Source of the DNA: Candidatus Latescibacterota bacterium
GTDB taxonomy: Bacteria > Latescibacterota > UBA2968 > UBA8231
DNA length: 37,196 bases
Direction of reading: 5' to 3'
Assembly (NCBI GenBank): GCA_022820705.1
Contig: JAJEEZ010000645.1
Location: 1-37,196, forward strand
Numbering within the stretch: the stretch's first letter is position 1; every line of letters starts with the position of its first letter. Made by a program: the position numbers and the translations under genes. Below the pieces are notes generated by a model, which did no database searches, had not been told where the DNA came from, and worked only from the letters and a program-made list of their open reading frames with translations. Positions 17,390 to 24,943 of the stretch are shown here, in pieces.

Positions 17390-20164
17390 TTAATAATCCC
17401 AACCAAAGAAGAAATCCCAGCGCGTGTCGCTGTCTATGGACTTGAAGTCCGTGCGCCGCGCCGCATCCACGCGAAAGACGAAAACCCCGCCCAAGGCCAA
17501 GCGCACCCCCGTGCCAAACGCCGCGCGCCATTGCTCGAAGTCGGAGTTCCACGCATTGCCCACGTCGAAAAAGAGCGCACCCCGGAAGGCGCTAAACTCT
17601 ATGGCCCCAAACGGAAAGTGGAGCAAGAACCGATCGACCAAGGGGAAGCGCAACTCTTGGTTGTACAACACCATCTTACTGCCCCACAGCGAGCGCCAGC
17701 GATAGCCCCGCAACGTCCAACTACCCCCCAAGGAGAAAAACTCAGGTACCGCGCCGGTGGAGCGCCGGCCCATCAGGCGCACGGCCAACGCGCTGCGCTG
17801 CGAGAGGCGGAAGTAGTGCCGGTAGTCGCCAAAGAGCGTGATATTGAACCGCCGCGAGGTCTTAAAGTCGATCGTCTGCGCCAGCCCAAAGCTGTAGCGC
17901 TGGCCCTCCAGCGGCCCGGTCGGAATCCACAGGCTAGTGTCGTGGGTATAGCTGACGTAGTTGTTGGCCAGCCAGCCCGACAGCTTCCGCCCCTCAAATT
18001 GCCGGTCGATTTCAGCGTGGCGCAGCGAGAGCCGGGTGTCGATGCGGTCGTGCTGGGAAAAGGGATAGCTCAACCCAATGTGGGCACCCAAGCGCTCTTC
18101 GCGCACAAAGCGGCCAAAGCGGCTCGAAAAGCGGTCGTTGAGCCGGAATACCCCCCAATACGCGTTGAGCCGCTGCCCGAGGTGGAAGCGCGTCAAGGCC
18201 ACGTTCAGGCCGTCGAAGAAACCGGATCGGCTGGCGGCAATGTGCGAGAGCACGAAGTGGTACTGATCGTTGCCCAGCACATCGCTCAGCGCCACTTGAA
18301 TGCCGCCCGAGGTGCCAAATTCCGGGTCCTGCGAGATCTGACCCTGGGCTATGTCGAAGCTCATCTTGCGCTCATAGGGCCGGCTGGCGACCTCACTCTG
18401 GCCGTGCAGACTCGCCAGCGACCACGGCTCGGCCTGCGCCTCATCCACGCGCTGATAGCTGACCTCCGCGCTGTCGGCCCAATCCACGGCCAGCTCGTAG
18501 ATTTGGAAGCCGCCGCTCTCATAGCCAGAAAAGAGCAAGTGCTGGTCATCGGCCAATAGCACCGGATCAAACGCACCCGTCAACACGTGGGTCAAGCGCT
18601 GGGTCGCCGTGCGCTCGCCCGTTAGCTGCAAGGCATAGATATCGTACGCACCCGCGCGGTCAGAGCTAAAGACGATGCGCTCGCCGTCCGGCGACCAGCG
18701 CGGCTGTCCGTCGTTGTGCTCGCCGTGGCTGAGAGCCGAGATCTGCTCGGTCGCCAAATCGTATAGGAACAAATTGTAGCGACCGCGCCGTCCCCCGGTC
18801 CAGCGGTCGGAGCTAAAGACGATGTGCCGACCATCCGGTGACCAGTCGGGCTCGCGGTCGTGATAAATGTCGCGGCATAAGGCGCGGAGGCTATCGCCCG
18901 TTACATCGACCAGATAAATGTCAGTCCAGCCCCCTTCGTCGCTGCCGGCAAAGGCCAGCCGCTGCCCGTCGGGCGCGAACGACGGCGACGCAATCGCGAC
19001 GATCCCGGCAAACGACAAATCCTCCACCACGCGTTTTTGTTCCACATCCCAAATGTACAGGTGATCGCGACCTCGGCTTTTGGCTGCAAACGCCAGCCAC
19101 TTGCCATCCGGGGAAGCGGCCAGCCGCGTCGAGAGCGGGTGCAGGGACTCAAAGACCGGCATGCGCTCGCCTTCGACTACGACCTCGGGTTCGCTGCCGT
19201 CGCGGCGCGTGCGGACGATCTGCGTATAGCCTTGATCGTTGCGAAAGTGGTAGAATGCGCTGCTATCTCCGGGGACGATTTCGGGCTTGATATTAAAGCC
19301 GCGCTGCGTGCGGGCAGTGGCCAATTCGGATGGGGGATCGCGGTCGGCAATCGCCGGCAGGTGGCGCTTGTGCAAATGGTATTGCCAAGCTTGGTCGAAC
19401 TTGTCCAAGCTCTCGCCGGTCGTAATCGCAAAAATTTCGCCAAAGGTCTCGCCGCGCCACCAATTGGCAAAGAGTTGCTCAAACACATCGGCTCCGTGCC
19501 GCGCTGCCATAAAGTGGCAGATCGACTCTCCTTCCTTGTACATCTGAAAGGTGCCGTAGATGCGATACATCTCGGCGATGGACACCAGCCGCCGCGCAAA
19601 GAGCGCATCGCGCACTATCATTTCGCCAAAGCTGTTAGGCTCGCTCGACCAGTACTCGGCCAGCCCTTCGGAAAACCACAGCGGCGCCGGGCGGAAGTCC
19701 AATATCCCGTGCTGCTTCAGCACCCGCGCAATCCGGTCAAACGTGAAGACGTGGACCAACTCGTGGTGCAGCACCCGCTCGAATTCGGGCAGGGAACCGC
19801 TCAGCGGCAATGCGACCCGCCCCTTGAGGTATTCGGTGAAACCCGCTACCCCCTCGGGCAGGATATTGGGGATGATATTCGTCTGTTCAAAGTAGATGTG
19901 CGAGGAATAGACCACTAGCGGCACCCGCCGCTGCACTGTGTGGGCGAACTTCTTTTCGAGGTCGGTGAACTGGCGCTCGGCCATTTGCGCGGCGTACGCG
20001 GCCAACTCCTCCTCTTCGGCGAAGAAGTACACGTCAAAGTGCTCAGTCTCCATTTTCCGCCACGCAAACTCCGCGTACTGCACCTTGTTGCGGCCAAAGC
20101 CCTGGCCGTCAGCAGCCGAGGCCATCAGCAGCCAACCGAGCGCGACCCAAGCTAAACAGCGCAT
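17390..20164 (-). CDS. Outer-membrane fusion protein: peptidase-MA-like (HELVH) domain, TolB-type PD40 beta-propeller repeats and an Omp85/surface-antigen beta-barrel
   Basis: Start moved to ATG 20164 (signal peptide MRCLAWVALGWLLMASAADG). This avoids the overlap with dapF that the 20209 start would create. HHELVHV with SEGLAEYW, repeated SPDG..I.FSSDR, and a C-terminal barrel ending FFFGWDY. Confidence 0.75.
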   Translation of the reverse strand: MRCLAWVALGWLLMASAADGQGFGRNKVQYAEFAWRKMETEHFDVYFFAEEEELAAYAAQMAERQFTDLEKKFAHTVQRRVPLVVYSSHIYFEQTNIIPNILPEGVAGFTEYLKGRVALPLSGSLPEFERVLHHELVHVFTFDRIARVLKQHGILDFRPAPLWFSEGLAEYWSSEPNSFGEMIVRDALFARRLVSIAEMYRIYGTFQMYKEGESICHFMAARHGADVFEQLFANWWRGETFGEIFAITTGESLDKFDQAWQYHLHKRHLPAIADRDPPSELATARTQRGFNIKPEIVPGDSSAFYHFRNDQGYTQIVRTRRDGSEPEVVVEGERMPVFESLHPLSTRLAASPDGKWLAFAAKSRGRDHLYIWDVEQKRVVEDLSFAGIVAIASPSFAPDGQRLAFAGSDEGGWTDIYLVDVTGDSLRALCRDIYHDREPDWSPDGRHIVFSSDRWTGGRRGRYNLFLYDLATEQISALSHGEHNDGQPRWSPDGERIVFSSDRAGAYDIYALQLTGERTATQRLTHVLTGAFDPVLLADDQHLLFSGYESGGFQIYELAVDWADSAEVSYQRVDEAQAEPWSLASLHGQSEVASRPYERKMSFDIAQGQISQDPEFGTSGGIQVALSDVLGNDQYHFVLSHIAASRSGFFDGLNVALTRFHLGQRLNAYWGVFRLNDRFSSRFGRFVREERLGAHIGLSYPFSQHDRIDTRLSLRHAEIDRQFEGRKLSGWLANNYVSYTHDTSLWIPTGPLEGQRYSFGLAQTIDFKTSRRFNITLFGDYRHYFRLSQRSALAVRLMGRRSTGAVPEFFSLGGSWTLRGYRWRSLWGSKMVLYNQELRFPLVDRFLLHFPFGAIEFSAFRGALFFDVGNAWNSDFEQWRAAFGTGVRLALGGVFVFRVDAARRTDFKSIDSDTRWDFFFGWDY

Positions 20165-20189
20165 TGCAGTCCCTGCTACCACACGCCGT

Positions 20190-21059
20190 TCAGCGCAATT
20201 CGCGCACAAACGACGGGCTGAACGCGCCGCGCGCTACTTCGGAGACCGGCCCCTTCATCGTCAGGTCGTAGCTTGCGCTCACGTCGATGTGCAATGTCCC
20301 ACCTGGGGCCCTAACCGCAACCGGACTTTTGACCAAGCCCAGCCGCACCGCCGCACTCGCAGCCGCACACGCCGACGATCCCGACGCCTGCGTTTCACCG
20401 GCACCGCGTTCCCAGATCAGGATGTAGATCGCATGAGGCCCCACGGGCACGGCGAGCTGTACGTTGATGCGCCGGGGGAAGAGCGGGTGATTTTCCAACT
20501 CTGGCCCCAAAGAGCATAGCTCGTCCTCAGTCCACCGAGCGCCCTGTTCGCGGAAGACGACGCAGTGCGGATTGCCGACGCTGACGCCGGTAAAGGTCAA
20601 AGTCTGCCCGCCGACATCAATCGGCTGCGCGACCAGCTCTTCGGCTTCCAGCGTGCAGGGCAAGGCTTGCGGCGCAAACGTCGCTCGCCCCATCTGCACC
20701 GTGGCGGTGCTGGCGTCACCATGCTGATCAATGTGCAAATCAACGCTCACTAAGCCGCCCTCCGTTTCGACCGTGAACTGCTGCTTTTGCACCTGGCCGG
20801 TGGCGTGCAGGTAGCGGGCGAATATCCGCAGACCATTGCCTGACTTTTCCGCCTCGCTGCCGTCGGGGTTGTAGATTTTCAGGCCAAAGTCGGCCTTTTG
20901 CGACGGTGCCAGCGCGAGAATGCCGTCGCTGCCCACGCCCCAATGGCGGTCGCAAATCGTGCGGATATTGTCTGGCGTCAGCTCAAAGCTGAGCCCAGCC
21001 GGATCAACGGCAATGTAGTCATTGCCGAGGCCGTGTCCCTTGAAAAATTCGTTGTCCAT
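20190..21059 (-). CDS. dapF: Diaminopimelate epimerase family protein, with both catalytic Cys positions occupied by Ser
   Basis: FKGHGLGNDY, NPDGSEAEKSGNGLR, GNPHCVVF and ERGAGETQASGSSACAA are colinear with DapF. The start is set at MDNEFF (ATG 21059). Confidence 0.8.
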   Translation of the reverse strand: MDNEFFKGHGLGNDYIAVDPAGLSFELTPDNIRTICDRHWGVGSDGILALAPSQKADFGLKIYNPDGSEAEKSGNGLRIFARYLHATGQVQKQQFTVETEGGLVSVDLHIDQHGDASTATVQMGRATFAPQALPCTLEAEELVAQPIDVGGQTLTFTGVSVGNPHCVVFREQGARWTEDELCSLGPELENHPLFPRRINVQLAVPVGPHAIYILIWERGAGETQASGSSACAAASAAVRLGLVKSPVAVRAPGGTLHIDVSASYDLTMKGPVSEVARGAFSPSFVRELR

Positions 21060-21219
21060 TATGCGTCCTTTCTCGTTTGTCTTACAGAACTTAGACCCCT
21101 GCTCAAGCAGGGTCAAACAAAGTTGCCGAGGGGAGGCCGGCCGGTATATTAGCCTTCATGTTGTGCTTAGTAGTAGCCCTCGCGGCAGAGGCGCGCCCGC
21201 TTATTGGCCTCCCACTGCC
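21046..21219. repeat. Left copy of a ~174-bp direct repeat (dapF-like 5' end + 98-nt divergent intergenic region + first ~60 nt of the nucleosidase gene)
   Basis: Aligns colinearly with 24930-25102. By eye there are about 10 differences, including one 1-nt indel. Confidence 0.85.
21094..21114. promoter_or_regulatory. Conserved stem-loop in the divergent intergenic region (GACC(C)CTGC-TCAA-GCAGGGTC)
   Basis: 8-bp stem with one bulged C and a 4-nt loop. It is identical in both repeat copies and lies ~35 nt upstream of the dapF-like ATG on the minus strand. Confidence 0.35.
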
Positions 21220-21447
21220 ATTTGCGCGTACTCAGCCAGCAGTTTCACGCGCTCCACGCCGAGCCACCCGGTCTCGCCGAGCCAACCGCCCGCTGGTAAT
21301 TCACGGCCACGCAACAGTATCAGTTGCGCGGCTTGCTCGCGCGCTGGCAAGCGCTGGCACCGGCGACTCCTGCCGTCAACAACGACTTGCTGGCCTTGCA
21401 AAGGCGCGATGAAGTGTTACGTTATCTTCAACGGCAGCTAGCGGCCA
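21158..21447 (+). pseudogene. Decayed copy of the nucleosidase gene (5' ~60 nt joined to the 3' ~230 nt; ~0.5-kb internal deletion, frameshift, TAA nonsense)
   Basis: MLCLVVALAAEARPL is identical to the start of the 25042 gene. 21219-21447 aligns with ~25600-25825 at roughly 80-85 % by eye. CAA in the intact copy is TAA here (TGG TAA at ~21295). Confidence 0.75.
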
Positions 21448-21491
21448 TGGTTTTCACCTTAATCTATTGAGGATGGAGGAGTGAATTCAGG

Positions 21492-22607
21492 ATGAATAGT
21501 CCCCAAAGATATAACGCGCTAAGTCTTTTCTCTGGGGCCGGAGGAATGGATATAGGCGTACAGGATGCGGGATTCGATATTCTAGCACAAATAGAAATAG
21601 ATGAACACTGCTGCAACACCCTACGTGCGGCAAGAGAACGCGAAAAAAGAGATACCAAAATTATTGAGTCAGATATTAGAGAGATTGACCCAGCCGAACT
21701 TCGCAAAGACTTAAACCTAGAAAAAGGCGAACTCGATCTTCTTTTTGGAGGCCCCCCTTGTCAATCTTTCTCCTTAGCAGGAAAGCAACTTGGCTTAAAA
21801 GACGAGAGAGGCATGTTACTATTCGAGATTGTTCGGTTTTCCGAAGAGCTAGAACCAAAGGTGATTTTAGTTGAGCAAGTAAAAGGGCTTCTCTCATCAA
21901 AAGGATCCGAGCAGCGAAGAGGTGAAATTTTTGAGAAATTTTTAATAGCCTTAGAAAATGCTGGTTATTCTTCCAAATGGAGAGTTGTTTTAGCCGCAGA
22001 TTACGGCGTACCTCAACTGCGAGAGCGATTATTCGTAATCGCCACGCTGAAAAGAAACGGCTTCCTCTTTCCAGAACGAACATACGCACCGCTAGAAGAA
22101 TGTAATGGATTGTTCTCGTATAAACCTCATGTCGGTATCGGCTCCGTAATTGAAAATCTAGGAACACCTTCACCAAAAATTAGGGGAACTACTTTCTACG
22201 ACCGCGAGGACAGCCACGTCGATGTAACGCCAGCTAGGGACAGGGAACGCATCGAACAGGTTCCCGAGGGATCATATTTGGCAGCTCATCCTCACTTAGG
22301 TAAAAGATTACTCAGAGGTCTTAAATCAAAGGACACCACAAAGTATTTAAGGCTGCATAGGGATAGACCTGCTAATACATTAAGGTGTGGAGAGATTTTC
22401 TATCATCCCATCGAAGATAGGTATCTCACGCCACGGGAATATATGAGAATTCATGGCTATCCCGATTCATATATCCTAAAAGGACCTATACGCAGTAGAA
22501 CGGGTACCGTGAAAAACTTAGACCAGCATAGGCAAGTTGCGAATTCAGTTCCCCCTCCTCTCGCAGAGGCTTTGGCGAGCAAAATTTTCGAGTACCTAAA
22601 TGAGTAA
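21492..22607 (+). CDS. dcm: DNA (cytosine-5)-methyltransferase
   Basis: Motif I LFSGAGGMDIG, IV GGPPCQSFS, VI VEQVKGL, VIII QLRERLFVIA, IX LTPREYMRIHGYPDSY, X ANSVPPPLAEAL. SD GGAGGAG lies upstream. Confidence 0.9.
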   Translation: MNSPQRYNALSLFSGAGGMDIGVQDAGFDILAQIEIDEHCCNTLRAAREREKRDTKIIESDIREIDPAELRKDLNLEKGELDLLFGGPPCQSFSLAGKQLGLKDERGMLLFEIVRFSEELEPKVILVEQVKGLLSSKGSEQRRGEIFEKFLIALENAGYSSKWRVVLAADYGVPQLRERLFVIATLKRNGFLFPERTYAPLEECNGLFSYKPHVGIGSVIENLGTPSPKIRGTTFYDREDSHVDVTPARDRERIEQVPEGSYLAAHPHLGKRLLRGLKSKDTTKYLRLHRDRPANTLRCGEIFYHPIEDRYLTPREYMRIHGYPDSYILKGPIRSRTGTVKNLDQHRQVANSVPPPLAEALASKIFEYLNE

Positions 22608-23706
22608 AATTTTTGAAGTATTTGGCCATCCATTAACCTCAAATCATCCTGATGCGATTGACTGTCGCACGAGGGCTTGGTGTCCATTCATGGAGAATGA
22701 ATGTGATGGTGGAGGCAATAGGCATCTCTCCGCTTTGAATTTGCGGAACTATCCACAATTAGCTCAACAATTCCCTAAAAAAGATACTATTCAGGTTGGG
22801 GTCTGTTCACTCTTGGTGCGTGGGAAGCCTTGGATTGTTTGTCCTAGGCGCTTATTCGCCCTGCGGGATTCCAACTGTTCTCATCTTCAAGCAAGAGTTC
22901 GAGAGGACCTGATCCAATATAGCGGAGTAGATAGAGCAATCGAATATCGGGCATGGTCTGAGGTAAAGATAAAATTCTCAATGAATAAAAATGAAAAAGA
23001 GAAAACATTTGACTATACCTTCGACTACGTTTTGGCAGGAAGGTGCAGAAAATCACTTAGCGAAATATCAGAACTAGTTAAAAAGAGCGAGCGAGAATGT
23101 GAGAAAATTGCGACCCAAAACAAATTCACGCTAGAAAGGTATGCTGGAGAGCACTGGGTAGTCGATTTTCCCGCTGATCCAATAGTAATAGTCGAGGTGA
23201 TGACCTCATCTACCTCTGGGGGAAACAAAAAGAAGAGAACGCAAATAGGAATGGCTTTTGAAGATGCTATCTTGAAAGGAGACGACCACGAAGGCCCCGG
23301 TATTAACTATAGACAAGTATGGGCGCGAATGGTCAGTCAACTTATTGTAAAATCACAGGTTAGTTTGGCTTGGGGTGGAAAAACTATTTGGATTGTACAG
23401 GATGCTTTAGCGGACTATATTTCTTCTTCGACCGGACTGGATCTCCAACGATTCATCAGTAGCACTTCAGATGAGGTGAACATATTGTCCTTTGGATATG
23501 GGAACAATCCCGAGCCTGAAGAGGACTCCGGGATCGTCCCTCTATGTGAATCCCAGCTATATGCGGGACCTGTATCTTCAGCCAAAGGATCCGGTAAAAG
23601 TGGTGGATTTATGGACATCATCACTATTGGCGTACCACCTCCGAAAGATTACTTATGGAAATCGCTTTTCCGCAAGTCTCCGTGTGGTAGCGTTAATGTG
23701 CCGTAG
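22600..23706 (+). CDS. Type II restriction endonuclease, NotI-like family
   Basis: EVFGH, WCPF, EC, GVC and WIVCPRR are colinear with the NotI N-terminal Cys4 region as I recall it (FFGH, CPF, SC, GVC, WLVCPNR). FDYTFDY and IVIVEVMT occupy the PD-(D/E)XK positions. The ATG overlaps the methylase stop by 8 nt. Confidence 0.65.
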   Translation: MSKIFEVFGHPLTSNHPDAIDCRTRAWCPFMENECDGGGNRHLSALNLRNYPQLAQQFPKKDTIQVGVCSLLVRGKPWIVCPRRLFALRDSNCSHLQARVREDLIQYSGVDRAIEYRAWSEVKIKFSMNKNEKEKTFDYTFDYVLAGRCRKSLSEISELVKKSERECEKIATQNKFTLERYAGEHWVVDFPADPIVIVEVMTSSTSGGNKKKRTQIGMAFEDAILKGDDHEGPGINYRQVWARMVSQLIVKSQVSLAWGGKTIWIVQDALADYISSSTGLDLQRFISSTSDEVNILSFGYGNNPEPEEDSGIVPLCESQLYAGPVSSAKGSGKSGGFMDIITIGVPPPKDYLWKSLFRKSPCGSVNVP

Positions 23707-23744
23707 CCGCCTCGCATTCGCTGCACGGAGTTGATATTATAGCC

Positions 23745-24527
23745 TCAGAAGGGTAATTCATCATAGTCTATGTATGGATTCTTCTCGGAGTATGGCTTCT
23801 CCTCAAAGGAATCAAGCAATGGCTGCAACTCCTTGGCCCACTCAGCAGTGGAGAAAAGGAGCTCTGCAGACAGTGAGTCGTAGTACCTTTTGTCGCCAGA
23901 CGACAGCCCATCTTTGCATAACCGGAGTATAAAGTCATTGGGTCTCTTCCCATACCCTATGAGGTATCGAAAGAAGTAGCGGAAGACGTAGTCCTGCTCG
24001 CCCCTATTGGGAGAACTGAGCTTCTTGGTTAACGTGTAGATTGCTTGGTCTCTTAACTCCATTGAATCAATAATATTGGCCAGCCAAGTGCCAAGTGCCC
24101 CCCCGAGATACTCTCCAGAATTTGCCTTGTACTCCCCTTCCTTGAGAGATTTCAGTAGCCGACTTTCGATCCGAAGCCTTGCTATGCGAGCGATCTGATT
24201 CCATTCGTCTCCAGCGAACACCTTGGTAGCAATCCTGATGGTAGCGTCATCTTCGGTTGTCTTGAGATCCTCAGATACCAGTGCCACAAACGCTGATCTA
24301 TCTTCCGCATCCAACCTATTGAGGATCGAGTGAGCCACTAGTCTCATCACTTGAGGATTTACTTCGGTCCGGGCTTCGTAGATGGCAGTCAGTGTATCGT
24401 TGAGCTTCTCCTTTGGTATCTCAGATACGATGAGATCTGTGTATTCCTCACTTTCAACGAAGTGTTCGTCACGGATTCTCTGAATCATATCTCCGATCTC
24501 GAAAGGTGCTTTGGCCTTATTGATCAT
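23745..24527 (-). CDS. Uncharacterised helical region; most likely the 3' part of the frameshifted TIGR02391-domain gene
   Basis: 260-aa ORF. Its frame stays open upstream to 24590 and there encodes KIEDNKEVADRILAFLDYLLQ, the expected end of the TIGR02391 domain. Confidence 0.6.
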   Translation of the reverse strand: MINKAKAPFEIGDMIQRIRDEHFVESEEYTDLIVSEIPKEKLNDTLTAIYEARTEVNPQVMRLVAHSILNRLDAEDRSAFVALVSEDLKTTEDDATIRIATKVFAGDEWNQIARIARLRIESRLLKSLKEGEYKANSGEYLGGALGTWLANIIDSMELRDQAIYTLTKKLSSPNRGEQDYVFRYFFRYLIGYGKRPNDFILRLCKDGLSSGDKRYYDSLSAELLFSTAEWAKELQPLLDSFEEKPYSEKNPYIDYDELPF

Positions 24528-24886
24528 CTGCAGGAGATAGTCGAGGAAGGCGAGGATCCGGTCAGCAACCTCCTTGTTATCCTCGATTTTTTATGGCTTC
24601 TCGGATTTCTTATAGCCTGCATAACGCCACGAAGAAGCGACCCCGTTCCCTTTTGAATATTCCTATCAGACTCGCTCCTGAGAGGAGTGAGTTTAAGCTT
24701 GGGATCAGATCCACCAAGTGCTTCGCCAACCAAGGAAACCCCATCGCTCTCGCATCCAGTACGATCACGAAGGACTTCATTCAATAGGAAGATAGAATCG
24801 AGAATAGCACCTGTGTAGTTCGCCTTTTCGTAGTTGGCATATATAGCCTTTGATAATTGTTCGGACAATTCAATTTGGATGTTCAT
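24524..24886 (-). CDS. TIGR02391 (Hypoth_Ymh) domain protein, 3' end out of frame
   Basis: YANYEKANYTGAILDSIFLLNEVLRD ... GSLLRGVMQAIRNPRSH matches the family signature (RNPxxH). After the A6 run the frame gives a junk tail, SRITRRLLTGSSPSSTISCR. SD AAGGAG lies upstream. Confidence 0.7.
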   Translation of the reverse strand: MNIQIELSEQLSKAIYANYEKANYTGAILDSIFLLNEVLRDRTGCESDGVSLVGEALGGSDPKLKLTPLRSESDRNIQKGTGSLLRGVMQAIRNPRSHKKSRITRRLLTGSSPSSTISCR

Positions 24887-24895
24887 GGATACTCC

Positions 24896-24943
24896 TTAGC
24901 CTGTTTGGACTATAGCTCCGCTGTTGTTCAATTCGTTGTTCAT
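24896..24943 (-). CDS. 15-codon upstream ORF derived from the duplicated dapF-like start (MNNELNNSGAIVQTG)
   Basis: The ATG is in the same context as the dapF-like ATG in the left repeat. The TAA stop overlaps the SD (TAAGGAG) of the TIGR02391 gene. Translation is unproven. Confidence 0.3.
   Translation of the reverse strand: MNNELNNSGAIVQTG

Larger units (their letters stand above)
21448..24929. other. AT-rich genomic island (R-M operon plus TIGR02391-domain gene); no integrase or transposase
   Basis: G+C drops abruptly (about 40-45 % by eye) from ~21448 to ~24929, bracketed by the direct repeats. Confidence 0.7.

Noticed and set aside
16910-18559. Very long antisense ORFs (549 aa here; also 13071-14288, 14635-15840, 3663-4706, 8926-9987 and 35951-36883)
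   Set aside because: They lie opposite genes with clear family signatures. They are Arg/Pro/Ala/Gly-rich with no recognisable motifs. Such stop-poor shadow frames are expected in ~65 % G+C DNA.
20165-20209. Upstream start of the Omp85-fusion ORF overlapping the dapF-like 3' end
   Set aside because: The signal peptide begins at the Met encoded at 20164. The extension (MCANCAERRVVAGTA) adds nothing and creates a 20-nt overlap.
23678-23729. 7-bp inverted repeat CTCCGTG...CACGGAG between the convergent island genes as a bidirectional terminator
   Set aside because: The loop is ~38 nt and there are no flanking T/A runs, so it is too weak to call.
21448-24929. Search for an integrase, transposase, inverted terminal repeats or a tRNA target that would make the island a classical mobile element
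   Set aside because: None of the four island ORFs shows recombinase motifs. The only boundary structures are the ~174-bp direct repeats of host sequence.
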